A stretch of 64,000 nt of DNA from the IMG/VR virus record IMGVR_UViG_3300048597_000457, positions 1-64,000 of that record; one strand, given 5' to 3'. Source of the stretch: a virus. The notes below the pieces were generated by a model. That model had not been told where the DNA came from, ran no database searches, and saw only the letters and a list, made by a program, of their open reading frames with translations. The number at the start of each line of letters is the position of its first letter. Position 1 is the stretch's first letter. The translations under genes and the position numbers were made by a program. Shown in pieces: positions 8,733-16,877 of the stretch.

Positions 8733-10412
8733 CTACGCCGCGACGCGATCGTCTGGCGTCATCTCTTCCGGCGTCGTCTCGTCTCGCATTTCTTTTGCCA
8801 CCGGGCGCAATGGCTCTTGGCCATCAGCAGTCTGGGCCGCAGGTTCGTCACGTCCGGCAGTCAGCAGCCGCAACCGATGGATCTCCTGCGCGCTGTCGAA
8901 CCCGTCAGGCAGCGCCTGGCCACGCAGCAAGATGTCGTGGAACGTCTCCAGTGTCAGCTGATCGGCGAGCACGAGCTCGCTGTACACCTTGATCATGTCC
9001 GCACCGAGGATGGTGCGTTCGAAGTCGCGATTCGACGAGAAGCTGCCGCCGCTCTTCTCACTGTTCCGCGTGAATTCAATCCCCTCGTACTCGGCATGAA
9101 GAATGAACCCCTCTTCGATCGCGCTGTCGACCGCCGACATCATGCTCGAGAGCGTCGCATTTTCGATCCGCTGATCCATACGCCGCGCATCCGCGGTCTC
9201 GGCCGCACGTGACGACGGCTGAAGGAACGAGAGTCCGAGCGCCCCCATCTCCGCCTTGAGCTTCTCCAACTCGTCTTTCGTCGGTTCGAACGCTGTGCCC
9301 TTGATCTCAGCCCACGAGAAGCCGACTCCGCTCAGCTGCGGCGTATCGGCGGGCAAATCCATCAGCACGTTGGAGGCGGCCACAGCCGCCGGCTTGGCAT
9401 TGCCGTCCTTATCCTTCGGCGCCTGGTAACCCTTCCGGACGGGAATCGGGACGCACCCCAAGTGCATCAGGTACGTGCGATCGCTGTCGATCCGGAACGC
9501 CTTGAGCATCAGGTCCAGCAGATCTTTGAGCGGCGGGCGCGCGGAGATCGGTGAGGTGCGCCGGCCACGAACCACCGGCACGTACGGAATGCGAGAGAAC
9601 GGCTTGTTCCGGCCATTGACCAACGTCCCCTGCTCGGTGCGGACGAATCGCACCTTGCCCCGATCGTTCTCGGATCGCTCCCAGACCTCGTACAACACGG
9701 GCGCTTCCAATCCTTGTGCCTCGACATCCTGCACAAAGACCCGGTAGCGCTTCACGCTTTTGATGCCGAACCGCCCGGCGCGGGCGCGTACCTCTTCCTC
9801 GAAGACGAGCTGCGTCATGATGTCGCGCGCGCCGACCTGGGCGAACTGCCAAGAGAGGATGTTCTCGATGGGGAGGGCGTTCCAGTAGGGCCGCAGGACG
9901 CCGTTCTTCTCATCGTACGCGGTCGCGCCAGCCGGACGCGGGGGGTAGAGCACCATGAAGCCGGCGCTCCCCATCGAGATCAACTCTTCGGTGAGATCGC
10001 TGGCGAACTGATTGAGATGGGTGCCACGGCCGTCGATGTTCTCGGCGTGATCCCGCAGCTTCTGCGGCACGTCGGTGCCGAGCGTCGGCGGCTTGGCGAA
10101 TGCGAGCCCCACCAGGCCGGTCACGACGGCGCCGTAGGCGTTGAACACCGCGCTGTGCTCACAGCGCAACCGATAGTCTTCCGGCTTCTCCTTCTTGTGC
10201 TTCGGGAGATAGCGCGTCGGGTTGTCGAGCAGCGCGTCGGTGCCTTCGTAGGCATCGCGACACTTGCGCCACATGGCGAGTTGCGCGCGGCTCAGGGGAT
10301 CGCGCCAGTCGGGGCGATCAATGTCCGCGGTATCATCGCCGAGCGTGGAGAGGACCGCACTGTGGCCGGCGGTCGACTGCTGAGGACTCGTCTGCGTCGT
10401 GGCGGTCGGCAT
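8733..10412 (-). CDS. portal protein
   Basis: 559 aa between the large terminase and the MuF-like gene. Start set at ATG 10412, exactly 19 nt downstream of motif copy 2. Confidence 0.7.
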   Translation of the reverse strand: MPTATTQTSPQQSTAGHSAVLSTLGDDTADIDRPDWRDPLSRAQLAMWRKCRDAYEGTDALLDNPTRYLPKHKKEKPEDYRLRCEHSAVFNAYGAVVTGLVGLAFAKPPTLGTDVPQKLRDHAENIDGRGTHLNQFASDLTEELISMGSAGFMVLYPPRPAGATAYDEKNGVLRPYWNALPIENILSWQFAQVGARDIMTQLVFEEEVRARAGRFGIKSVKRYRVFVQDVEAQGLEAPVLYEVWERSENDRGKVRFVRTEQGTLVNGRNKPFSRIPYVPVVRGRRTSPISARPPLKDLLDLMLKAFRIDSDRTYLMHLGCVPIPVRKGYQAPKDKDGNAKPAAVAASNVLMDLPADTPQLSGVGFSWAEIKGTAFEPTKDELEKLKAEMGALGLSFLQPSSRAAETADARRMDQRIENATLSSMMSAVDSAIEEGFILHAEYEGIEFTRNSEKSGGSFSSNRDFERTILGADMIKVYSELVLADQLTLETFHDILLRGQALPDGFDSAQEIHRLRLLTAGRDEPAAQTADGQEPLRPVAKEMRDETTPEEMTPDDRVAA

Positions 10413-10431
10413 GGGGAACGGTATAAGTGAC

Positions 10432-10448
10432 CGTGCCGAAAGCGCAAG
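10432..10448 (-). promoter_or_regulatory. conserved motif copy 2 (gene-sense): CTTGCGCTTTCGGCACG
   Basis: Follows the post-terminase hairpin. Reads CTTGCGCTTTCGGCACG-GTCAC-TTATAC-CGTTCCCC-ATG(portal), which puts TTGCGC at about -35 relative to the ATG. Confidence 0.55.
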
Positions 10449-10467
10449 CACCTCTGAAACGACCAAC

Positions 10468-10504
10468 GGCAGGCAGCCCCTTTTCTAGGGGAAGGCTGCC
10501 TGCC
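10468..10504 (-). terminator. 11-bp stem hairpin after the large-terminase gene
   Basis: GGCAGGCAGCC (10468-10478) and GGCTGCCTGCC (10494-10504) are exact reverse complements. The loop contains CCCC/GGGG. It sits between the terminase stop (10602) and motif copy 2. Confidence 0.5.
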
Positions 10505-10601
10505 GCGTCGTGGGTAGACCCTCAGCCGTGGCGATCGCCAGCGTGAGCTGGAGCGGCGAACGTAGCGACGCGCGATGGCCATCGTCAAGCAATTCCGCCA
10601 C

Positions 10602-12074
10602 TCACCAGTCTTCCTGCTCGCCCCACGCCTGCAGTTCGGGCGCTTGTGTCAGATGTTTGAACGCTTTCGTGGTGGCGTCAACGTCGTCGTCCGGCACCGT
10701 GGCTGTTGGGAACGCGTCGACTTGGTAGAGATACGCCTCCACCTCGTCCGGGTCCCACACAAGGATGTCGACGTTGCTCGCCGAGACCTGGACGGACAAC
10801 GGCTTGGCGCGCGTCACCTTGCTGCCCGTGTCGAGATACGCCACCACCGTGTAGCCGGCGAGCCCTCGCACGGTGTGGAACACCACGTCCTTGCCCGACG
10901 ACCCCGGCTCCTGCGCGATCGCGATGTCGCATGCATGCCCATCGATCAGGGCCAGTTGCCGCATCATGTCGTCGCGCTCACCGGTGTCGACCCGGCCGCG
11001 CCAGCGGTGCAGGATGATGAACCGGCCATTCGCCCGCTGGCCAATCTTGACGGCGCTCGAGTAGTCGCCCGCGCCCTTGGTCGCCGCGTTGTCCCAGCCG
11101 CGCACCGTACGCACGATATCGGTGGGCATCGCCTCCAACAGCGTGAACTTGCCTCGCGGGAGCACTTTCCCGGCACTCGGCGCGATCTTGAAGTTCAGAT
11201 TGAGTAGCCGCTCCTGTTCGACCAACGGCAGCGCCAGCATGTTGGCGCGGTACGTCGGATTCATCGTCTCGAGGATTCTGTTGTCCTTGAGCCTCGCGGC
11301 GATGAACGTGAATGACAGCGGTTGTGTGTCGGGCCCAAAGCGATCGATCAGCGCCGAGGGCGTGTCGGCCCAATGCAGTTCACCCTTCACGCGGGCGAAA
11401 TAGCGGATCACGCCATCGCGTTCGTCGATGGGATAGCCGGTGTTGGGATTCCACCACCACTGCAGTAGGTCCGCCAGCCAGCCCGGCTCGCAGTTGAACG
11501 TCGCGCGCAGGTACGGCCGGATGCCGGACACCGACCGCAAGCGCGAGAGCATGTACCAGAACTGGTGGGCGGTGAACGTCTCGAGCTGATCAAATACCAC
11601 CAGCGCAAGCTGTGCCGACTTCCAGTTCTCAACCGTGTCGTCGTGCTGCAGGTGCGAGAAGACCACGCGGCCGCCGGCCGGTGTGATCCACTCGGAGTCG
11701 CCGAGCTTCGGTGTCCAGTTGAGTCGACCAAATACCTTCTTGGACTCGTCCCACAGGCCGTTCGGAGCATGGATCTCGGGATAGCTGCGCCGGAAGTACG
11801 CGGCGGTGTATCCCGGCACGTGCTGATGGCGAGCGCCCTCCATGAGGACACTGAACGTCTTTGATCCGCCCGCTCCCCCGCCGAATAGCACGATGTCGGC
11901 ACCGCACGACAGGAACTTCGTCTGCGGCCCCTCCTGCGGGACGATCGGCGCGGCCTCGTTCGTCGGGTCTGGTGCGGGTGGCGCCGCCATCGAGACGATC
12001 GGCGCCGCGGCCACCTTCGTCTGTCCGTGCTTCATGGCGCGACCAAGTACTCCGCGCGCGTAGCCTCGTGGCAT
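10602..12074 (-). CDS. terminase large subunit
   Basis: Walker-A-like FGGGAGGSKTF near the N-terminus, about 490 aa, directly upstream of the portal gene. Start ATG 12074 shares one base with the upstream TGA (CTGATGC). Confidence 0.85.
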   Translation of the reverse strand: MPRGYARGVLGRAMKHGQTKVAAAPIVSMAAPPAPDPTNEAAPIVPQEGPQTKFLSCGADIVLFGGGAGGSKTFSVLMEGARHQHVPGYTAAYFRRSYPEIHAPNGLWDESKKVFGRLNWTPKLGDSEWITPAGGRVVFSHLQHDDTVENWKSAQLALVVFDQLETFTAHQFWYMLSRLRSVSGIRPYLRATFNCEPGWLADLLQWWWNPNTGYPIDERDGVIRYFARVKGELHWADTPSALIDRFGPDTQPLSFTFIAARLKDNRILETMNPTYRANMLALPLVEQERLLNLNFKIAPSAGKVLPRGKFTLLEAMPTDIVRTVRGWDNAATKGAGDYSSAVKIGQRANGRFIILHRWRGRVDTGERDDMMRQLALIDGHACDIAIAQEPGSSGKDVVFHTVRGLAGYTVVAYLDTGSKVTRAKPLSVQVSASNVDILVWDPDEVEAYLYQVDAFPTATVPDDDVDATTKAFKHLTQAPELQAWGEQEDW

Positions 12075-12292
12075 CAGTCCGCAGGAACAAAGACGGCCGC
12101 GCCATCGATCGATGGACAATCGGACTCGATATAGAGGACCTTCGCGATGCCAAAGTTGGGAAACGGCATGGGGACATTGACATGCATCTCAGCGAAGCCA
12201 ACGGCGATCTCGTATCGATCACCATCCGCTGGGCCGCCGACACACTCCATCATGCGGTATCCTGGGCGTGGGAGCTTCGTTTCGTCACTCAC
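12074..12292 (-). CDS. hypothetical protein
   Basis: 72-aa ORF with coupled overlaps at both ends (12289/12292 and 12074). Confidence 0.5.
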   Translation of the reverse strand: MSDETKLPRPGYRMMECVGGPADGDRYEIAVGFAEMHVNVPMPFPNFGIAKVLYIESDCPSIDGAAVFVPAD

Positions 12293-12660
12293 GCTGATGG
12301 AGCCTGGTCCAATCGCGGGTCCGTGTCGCCGAAGTGCTCTGTGAGAGCCTCCACCAAGCCGCGCAGCCGCGCCGCTTCGCGCTCTTCCGGCGTCATGTGG
12401 TCGACGAGTGGGAGCAACGGCGGCAGCGAGAAGAACGTCGGATGGAAGTAGATCGTGCTCGTCGTCGGAAATACCGGCTGCTGCACGAAGGCGGCACCGA
12501 GAGCGATCATCATCGCCTTCAGCTTTTCGAAACTGTTCAGCTCGAAGGGGCTGTTGCTTTTGGTGAACTCGAAGTGGAACGGCTTCTCGACGTGGAACGG
12601 CTTCCCGTTGATGAAAATCTTCGCGGTCTCGTCGTTGGGCGGTGTCGGTTCGATGCTCAT
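12289..12660 (-). CDS. hypothetical protein
   Basis: 123-aa ORF with ATGA overlaps at both ends. Confidence 0.5.
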   Translation of the reverse strand: MSIEPTPPNDETAKIFINGKPFHVEKPFHFEFTKSNSPFELNSFEKLKAMMIALGAAFVQQPVFPTTSTIYFHPTFFSLPPLLPLVDHMTPEEREAARLRGLVEALTEHFGDTDPRLDQAPSA

Positions 12661-13487
12661 GCCGGTGGGACCTCTCGGGAGTTTGAGGGAAGAGCAGGGT
12701 GCTTCGGCAACGTCTGTCCCGCCGCCGGCACGTCGCGGCCGTTCGGAGGCAGGAACAACCCGATCGCCACCGCGCCGGAGTGATGGACGTTCTGCTCCAC
12801 GGGACCGCCCTCGGGGTTCGATACGAGGGTATGTACGCGTTCGGTGTAGCCGTGTCGGGTCTTCTCGTACCAGATCAACGCGGTCATGTTGCCCTTGCGC
12901 ATCTCACGGGCGAGGATCGCCCCGGAGGTGACCTTGCCGGCGGCCACACCCTTTTCGATCGGCTTGCGGAAATATTGATCGTAGTACTTCGCGAACGTCT
13001 TCTCGTCGATGTCGAGAATGAGGCACCACTCGCGGGTGGTGAGCGTGGGCACCAGGCTCGCCGTCACTTCGAATTGGCGGAGCTGCTCAGGGGTGGGGCA
13101 GTAGGGAGGCCGTCCCCGTCCACGTTTCGCGGGTACCGCAGCCTTGCCCCCCTGCTTCTTGCGTATCGGGTGCGTCTTTGCCCGCTTCTTCGCAGTACTG
13201 GTGGCGCGGTTCTTGGTCCGCGGTTTGGGGCGCTCGGTGGTCTGAGGCTGGCTCGGTGTCGTCGACCGTGCATCGTCAGGGCCCGGTTCCACCGATCGTG
13301 AACGCCCACGCGGCCGCCGCGCCGGGGCGGCCGCATCGCCTGGCGTCGGGTTGGGATCGTTTGGGGTGGCGTCGGGAGCATCGATCACGATGGGGACGGC
13401 TGAGACCGAACGTGCGCTTCTGGCACGTCTTATCGTACAACTCTGGGCCGAGTCGGCACAGACCGGCGCTTGCGCGCCAGATAGCAA
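12657..13487 (-). CDS. putative terminase small subunit (start uncertain)
   Basis: Basic low-complexity N-terminus, then an HTH-like region and ...GNMTALIWYEKTRHGY, which resembles the small-terminase ALIFWLKNR-type motif. Lies upstream of the large terminase. The true start is probably downstream of 13430 (for example GTG 13388), because the 5' end overlaps 13430..13687. Confidence 0.5.
   Translation of the reverse strand: MLSGAQAPVCADSAQSCTIRRARSARSVSAVPIVIDAPDATPNDPNPTPGDAAAPARRPRGRSRSVEPGPDDARSTTPSQPQTTERPKPRTKNRATSTAKKRAKTHPIRKKQGGKAAVPAKRGRGRPPYCPTPEQLRQFEVTASLVPTLTTREWCLILDIDEKTFAKYYDQYFRKPIEKGVAAGKVTSGAILAREMRKGNMTALIWYEKTRHGYTERVHTLVSNPEGGPVEQNVHHSGAVAIGLFLPPNGRDVPAAGQTLPKHPALPSNSREVPPA
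13412..13427 (+). promoter_or_regulatory. conserved motif copy 7 (inverted): GTGCGCTTCTGGCACG on the plus strand
   Basis: Lies 3 nt beyond the stop of 13430..13687 (minus-strand sense), ahead of the likely small-terminase start. Confidence 0.4.
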
Positions 13488-13687
13488 TCATCGATGGCGT
13501 GCCATCGTGATAGGCGCCGCGTGCTGTCGGACGCGACGGCCTCGACGTCATCGACGCTGAACCGTACATCCGGTGCGAAGGCGAACGACAGGGCCCGCGC
13601 ATGCCAGACGGCGGTGAGCGTGACCGCGCCGGCGGCCATCGTGATGCGGTACCTGACGCCATCCTTCAGCCGGAGACGGGAGGTCAT
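13430..13687 (-). CDS. hypothetical protein
   Basis: 85-aa ORF with an ATGA overlap with the DUF5131 gene stop (13684/13687). Confidence 0.45.
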   Translation of the reverse strand: MTSRLRLKDGVRYRITMAAGAVTLTAVWHARALSFAFAPDVRFSVDDVEAVASDSTRRLSRWHAIDDCYLARKRRSVPTRPRVVR

Positions 13688-14457
13688 GGCTGACGCGACG
13701 GCGACGGCATCTCGGTATGCGTGCGCCCATCAAGCAGGGCCTTCTCGTGGGCGCGTGCGTCTGGATGGCCGCCGAGCTGCTTCAGGAAGTATGGCACGCC
13801 GGCCGTCTGGCACTGATCGCGCAGAGAACGCGCCCAGTCGAGTTCCATCGGCCGCGCATCGGCGCCGCTCTCACCCCCGGCAATCACCCAGTCCACACGG
13901 GGGAGAAGCCGCTCGCCGTCGAAACCCGCCGAGAGACAGTGGGCGTAGGGATCGTGCGGATTCTCAACGGTCAACAGGTCGAGCGGGCCGAGCAATGGCT
14001 CACAACTCAGAAAGTGCACAACGGATGGCACTTTCAACAACCAGGGGATACGTGTGGTCCACCGTTGATTCTCGACGCTGACGCCGAGCCACACGTTCGG
14101 GTACCCGTTGCCCCAGTCCGCCGGCAGGTGCTGGCGCATGCGCTCCGGCCGCTTGGTGAGGATCTGGTACGTCAGGTGCGGCGTGCGTCGGATAATATCC
14201 CAGGCTTCTTCGCGCCACGCGTCGGCGCCCTCGTGGAACCAGTCGGACCACGAACAGGTGAAGACCAACGCCGGGTCCTTCCACGTCAGCGGTGCCGTAA
14301 ACCGAGTCTTGCTACGTACGACCGCCTCGAAGTCGCGACCGAATCGCTTGTGTTGGCGTTCTGCATAGCAGTGGGCGCAGCCTGGCGAAACCTTGGTGCA
14401 CCCGGTCCAAGGATTCCAGGTGTGGTTTGTCCAGCCAATACCGGAGTCCTTACCCAT
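13684..14457 (-). CDS. phage Gp37/Gp68 (DUF5131) family protein
   Basis: Opening MGKDSGIGWTNHTWNPWTGCTKVSPGCAHCYAE with a C-x6-C-x2-C three-Cys motif. Later ...LSCEPLLGPLDL... and ...WVIAGGESG... are typical of the family. Confidence 0.8.
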   Translation of the reverse strand: MGKDSGIGWTNHTWNPWTGCTKVSPGCAHCYAERQHKRFGRDFEAVVRSKTRFTAPLTWKDPALVFTCSWSDWFHEGADAWREEAWDIIRRTPHLTYQILTKRPERMRQHLPADWGNGYPNVWLGVSVENQRWTTRIPWLLKVPSVVHFLSCEPLLGPLDLLTVENPHDPYAHCLSAGFDGERLLPRVDWVIAGGESGADARPMELDWARSLRDQCQTAGVPYFLKQLGGHPDARAHEKALLDGRTHTEMPSPSRQP

Positions 14458-15001
14458 GGGCGCGAAGCCTCGCGATCACGTCCCGACGCTTGCCAGCGTG
14501 GTAGAGCGGGACCGCCAATCGGTTGGCCCATCGTTGTGCACGCTTCTCAGCCCCACTGTCCGGGGCAATGATCCCGTCGTACGTGACGTCCGCGATCAGC
14601 GGATGGTGCGCCAGCACGTCCGAGTGCTGGACCTGACAGCGATGGATCAAGGCCGGCGCCACATCCGAGTGCGGGTCCAGCACCCACACGGTGCCGATGC
14701 CACGCTCGTTCAGCATGGTCGCGATCGACTTGAGCGTGAACAGCACATCGCCATGGGGGTTGATCCGGTCCTGCCGCGCGCCGGGGATCCACGGCAGGAT
14801 CAGATCCGCGATGAAGCCGCCGCGATACACGACGGCATCGAGGTAGAACAAGGCCGCCGTGAAGTCCGCGAGCGACGTCGTGCGCAGCAGGTACGTGTGC
14901 GGCCCCGTGATGTCGGGATCCTTGAAGAGCGGCATCCCGTCCGGGTAGTAGGACGGCGTGATCGGTGACCACGTGCCGTCGTCGTTCAGTTTGCTCAGCA
15001 T
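14450..15001 (-). CDS. ribose-phosphate pyrophosphokinase (Prs)-like protein, N-terminal half only
   Basis: Contains PDG..., ...PWIPGARQDR... (compare PYxxYARQDR), ...VLDPHSD... (compare DLH) and ...APDSGAEKRA...KRR. It stops right after the KRR loop (183 aa), so the C-terminal PRPP-binding half is missing. Start at ATG 15001. Confidence 0.6.
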   Translation of the reverse strand: MLSKLNDDGTWSPITPSYYPDGMPLFKDPDITGPHTYLLRTTSLADFTAALFYLDAVVYRGGFIADLILPWIPGARQDRINPHGDVLFTLKSIATMLNERGIGTVWVLDPHSDVAPALIHRCQVQHSDVLAHHPLIADVTYDGIIAPDSGAEKRAQRWANRLAVPLYHAGKRRDVIARLRAHG

Positions 15002-15017
15002 GAGGTGTGGTCTGATG

Positions 15018-15614
15018 TCATGCGTGCGGCCCTCCGATCGGGGCAGTAAGGTTCTGACGAAGGCGCCGGTACCGGAGCAAGAACTCCATGAACGCCTCCT
15101 CTGGCGCCCATGGGATGATGGGATCCTGGAGCGGCGTGATCCCCGCAATCATCGCCCACTCGTCGTCGTGGGTTGGCATGAGGTCCCGCTGCTCCGTGGC
15201 AAGCAACACCAGGTCTGCGTGCTTGATGCATGCCGGCAACGGCATCTCGATGCCGAATCGTTCGAATACCACCGCCTCGATCCGCTTCTCAATGACGCGG
15301 TACTCTGGGAGCAACCGCTTGAGCGGACTCGGCATGTCGCCGACGAACGCCTCAGCCGCATCGTGCAGCAACGCCGCAAGCGCATGCTCGGCCGGCACGA
15401 TCCGCGAGACCATGACCGAGTGCTGGGCCACGGAGTAAAACGTGGCGGTGTGCCCGGCGAACCGGCACACGTTGGAGAGGCCGTGCGCGATGTCCTCGAC
15501 GCAAAAGTCCGACTCCTCCGGCGTCAGGAAGTTGAGGTAGCAACCCGATTGCAACAGGATATCTGGCCGGGATTCGCGCGCGTTCCGCGCCACCGCTTCC
15601 ATGGCCACGTTCAT
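15018..15614 (-). CDS. HD-domain phosphohydrolase (YfbR-like 5'-nucleotidase type)
   Basis: SVAQHSVMV...[19 protein letters not shown] gives the H...HD...D metal-binding signature. Start ATG 15614 makes an ATGA overlap with the upstream stop. Confidence 0.7.
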   Translation of the reverse strand: MNVAMEAVARNARESRPDILLQSGCYLNFLTPEESDFCVEDIAHGLSNVCRFAGHTATFYSVAQHSVMVSRIVPAEHALAALLHDAAEAFVGDMPSPLKRLLPEYRVIEKRIEAVVFERFGIEMPLPACIKHADLVLLATEQRDLMPTHDDEWAMIAGITPLQDPIIPWAPEEAFMEFLLRYRRLRQNLTAPIGGPHA

Positions 15615-16426
15615 CGGGAGACCTCCACGGGGAGGACGTCTTTGAGGTGGTACTTCTCGGCGTATCGCAGGAACGCGTCCCGGTGCAGATCGCCAGGACG
15701 CATCTCGATCGAATGGCCGATCGTGCCGCCCTTCCACGACCCCTTGCGTGGTCCGACTTCCGCGCTGAACTGGATATCGAGCGAGCGCTTGATCATCGGC
15801 CGACGGAACCACGAGAGCCATCGACACCATCCCGTCCCGAACCGCCACTCGCGTTCTTCGATTTTGGTGGTCGCGGTGATCGGCTCGCCATCGTAGTCGA
15901 GGAACATGAACGTCACCGTCGGCGTGCGCTCCGCGATGGCCCGCTCGCGTTCCCAGCGTGACGAGCCAGTCCCAAGGCTCGTGTCCGCATCGTACACACT
16001 CGCGAGGTGTTCACCGGCGAGCCCGTACCAACTCTGCCGCACGTGCCGCCACTGCGTCCACGGCAAGAACGTTGACCAGCGCTGTTCAGTCAGGCTGTCA
16101 TCGGTATCGCGTCCCCAGCAGATGTTGAAGTGCCCTTCGCACGAGTAAAACCCGTACCGACGGTTGTGCTCCTCGACGAAGTAGTTGCGACCCAGGTGCG
16201 CAACCGTCGCGGCGTCCCAGTTCGCGACCACGCGCTCGCGATACGGCGGGATGAGATCGGGGAGCTCGACGAGCACCGCCCACCCGAACCCGCGCAGGCT
16301 CAGGTGATTGCCGGGATACTCATCGTATCCTGAGTGGAGCATCACCTCGATCGTGCCCTTGCCACGCGCGATGGTGAACGGACCCCAGTGCCGGTCATGG
16401 TCGCTCCAGCGGCGGCGGCGCTTCAT
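15611..16426 (-). CDS. hypothetical Trp-rich protein
   Basis: 271 aa from ATG 16426 (ATGA overlap with the upstream stop). No motif recognised. Confidence 0.55.
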   Translation of the reverse strand: MKRRRRWSDHDRHWGPFTIARGKGTIEVMLHSGYDEYPGNHLSLRGFGWAVLVELPDLIPPYRERVVANWDAATVAHLGRNYFVEEHNRRYGFYSCEGHFNICWGRDTDDSLTEQRWSTFLPWTQWRHVRQSWYGLAGEHLASVYDADTSLGTGSSRWERERAIAERTPTVTFMFLDYDGEPITATTKIEEREWRFGTGWCRWLSWFRRPMIKRSLDIQFSAEVGPRKGSWKGGTIGHSIEMRPGDLHRDAFLRYAEKYHLKDVLPVEVSR

Positions 16427-16581
16427 CGGGTGCCTCCTGGGCGAGAGAGGTGGATATCCGCGGCGCGCGCCTGTTCGCGCTGCTGCAATTCTCGGAGCGC
16501 GCGATTGGCGCGCCGGATCTGCGCAAGCGCGGCGATAAGCAGGATGATGCTCACTGCCGACATGATGGCGATGACAATCAT
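16423..16581 (-). CDS. small membrane protein
   Basis: 52 aa: MIVIAIMSAVSIILLIAALAQIRRANRALRELQQRE..., a single TM helix. ATGA overlaps at both ends. Confidence 0.5.
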   Translation of the reverse strand: MIVIAIMSAVSIILLIAALAQIRRANRALRELQQREQARAADIHLSRPGGTR

Positions 16582-16874
16582 CCCAGTTTCCCTCGCTGGG
16601 CGTTCGCCTTGGCGCGCTCTTCCGACATGGCCGCTTGCAGCGCCAGTGCCATAGGCTGCACGTAGTCGATCGCAAAACGGAGCTCGTCTTCTTCGCTCGC
16701 TAGCGGTGCTGCAACTGTGAGCGCCGCCGCCATGCACTCTTTATGAACATGGGTGGTGGTCTGCGGCACGGGATCGACATACAGCATCTCCACGCCGATC
16801 GTGATGCGACCACCGGTTTTCAGCGCGGCGACAATCGAACGACCGATCCGTTCATAGCCTTCGTTGTATTGCAT
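16578..16874 (-). CDS. hypothetical protein
   Basis: 98-aa ORF, 3 nt after the ATPase gene stop. Confidence 0.5.
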   Translation of the reverse strand: MQYNEGYERIGRSIVAALKTGGRITIGVEMLYVDPVPQTTTHVHKECMAAALTVAAPLASEEDELRFAIDYVQPMALALQAAMSEERAKANAQRGKLG

Positions 16875-16877
16875 GGA

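Noticed and set aside
14450-15001. Whether the half-length Prs-like gene is just a pseudogene created by a frameshift.
   Set aside because: No continuation of the Prs C-terminal half is visible in any frame downstream. The next 8-nt-overlapping ORF is a complete DUF5131 protein, and the gene keeps a clean start and coupling. It is therefore kept as a CDS, though decay cannot be excluded without homologue comparison.
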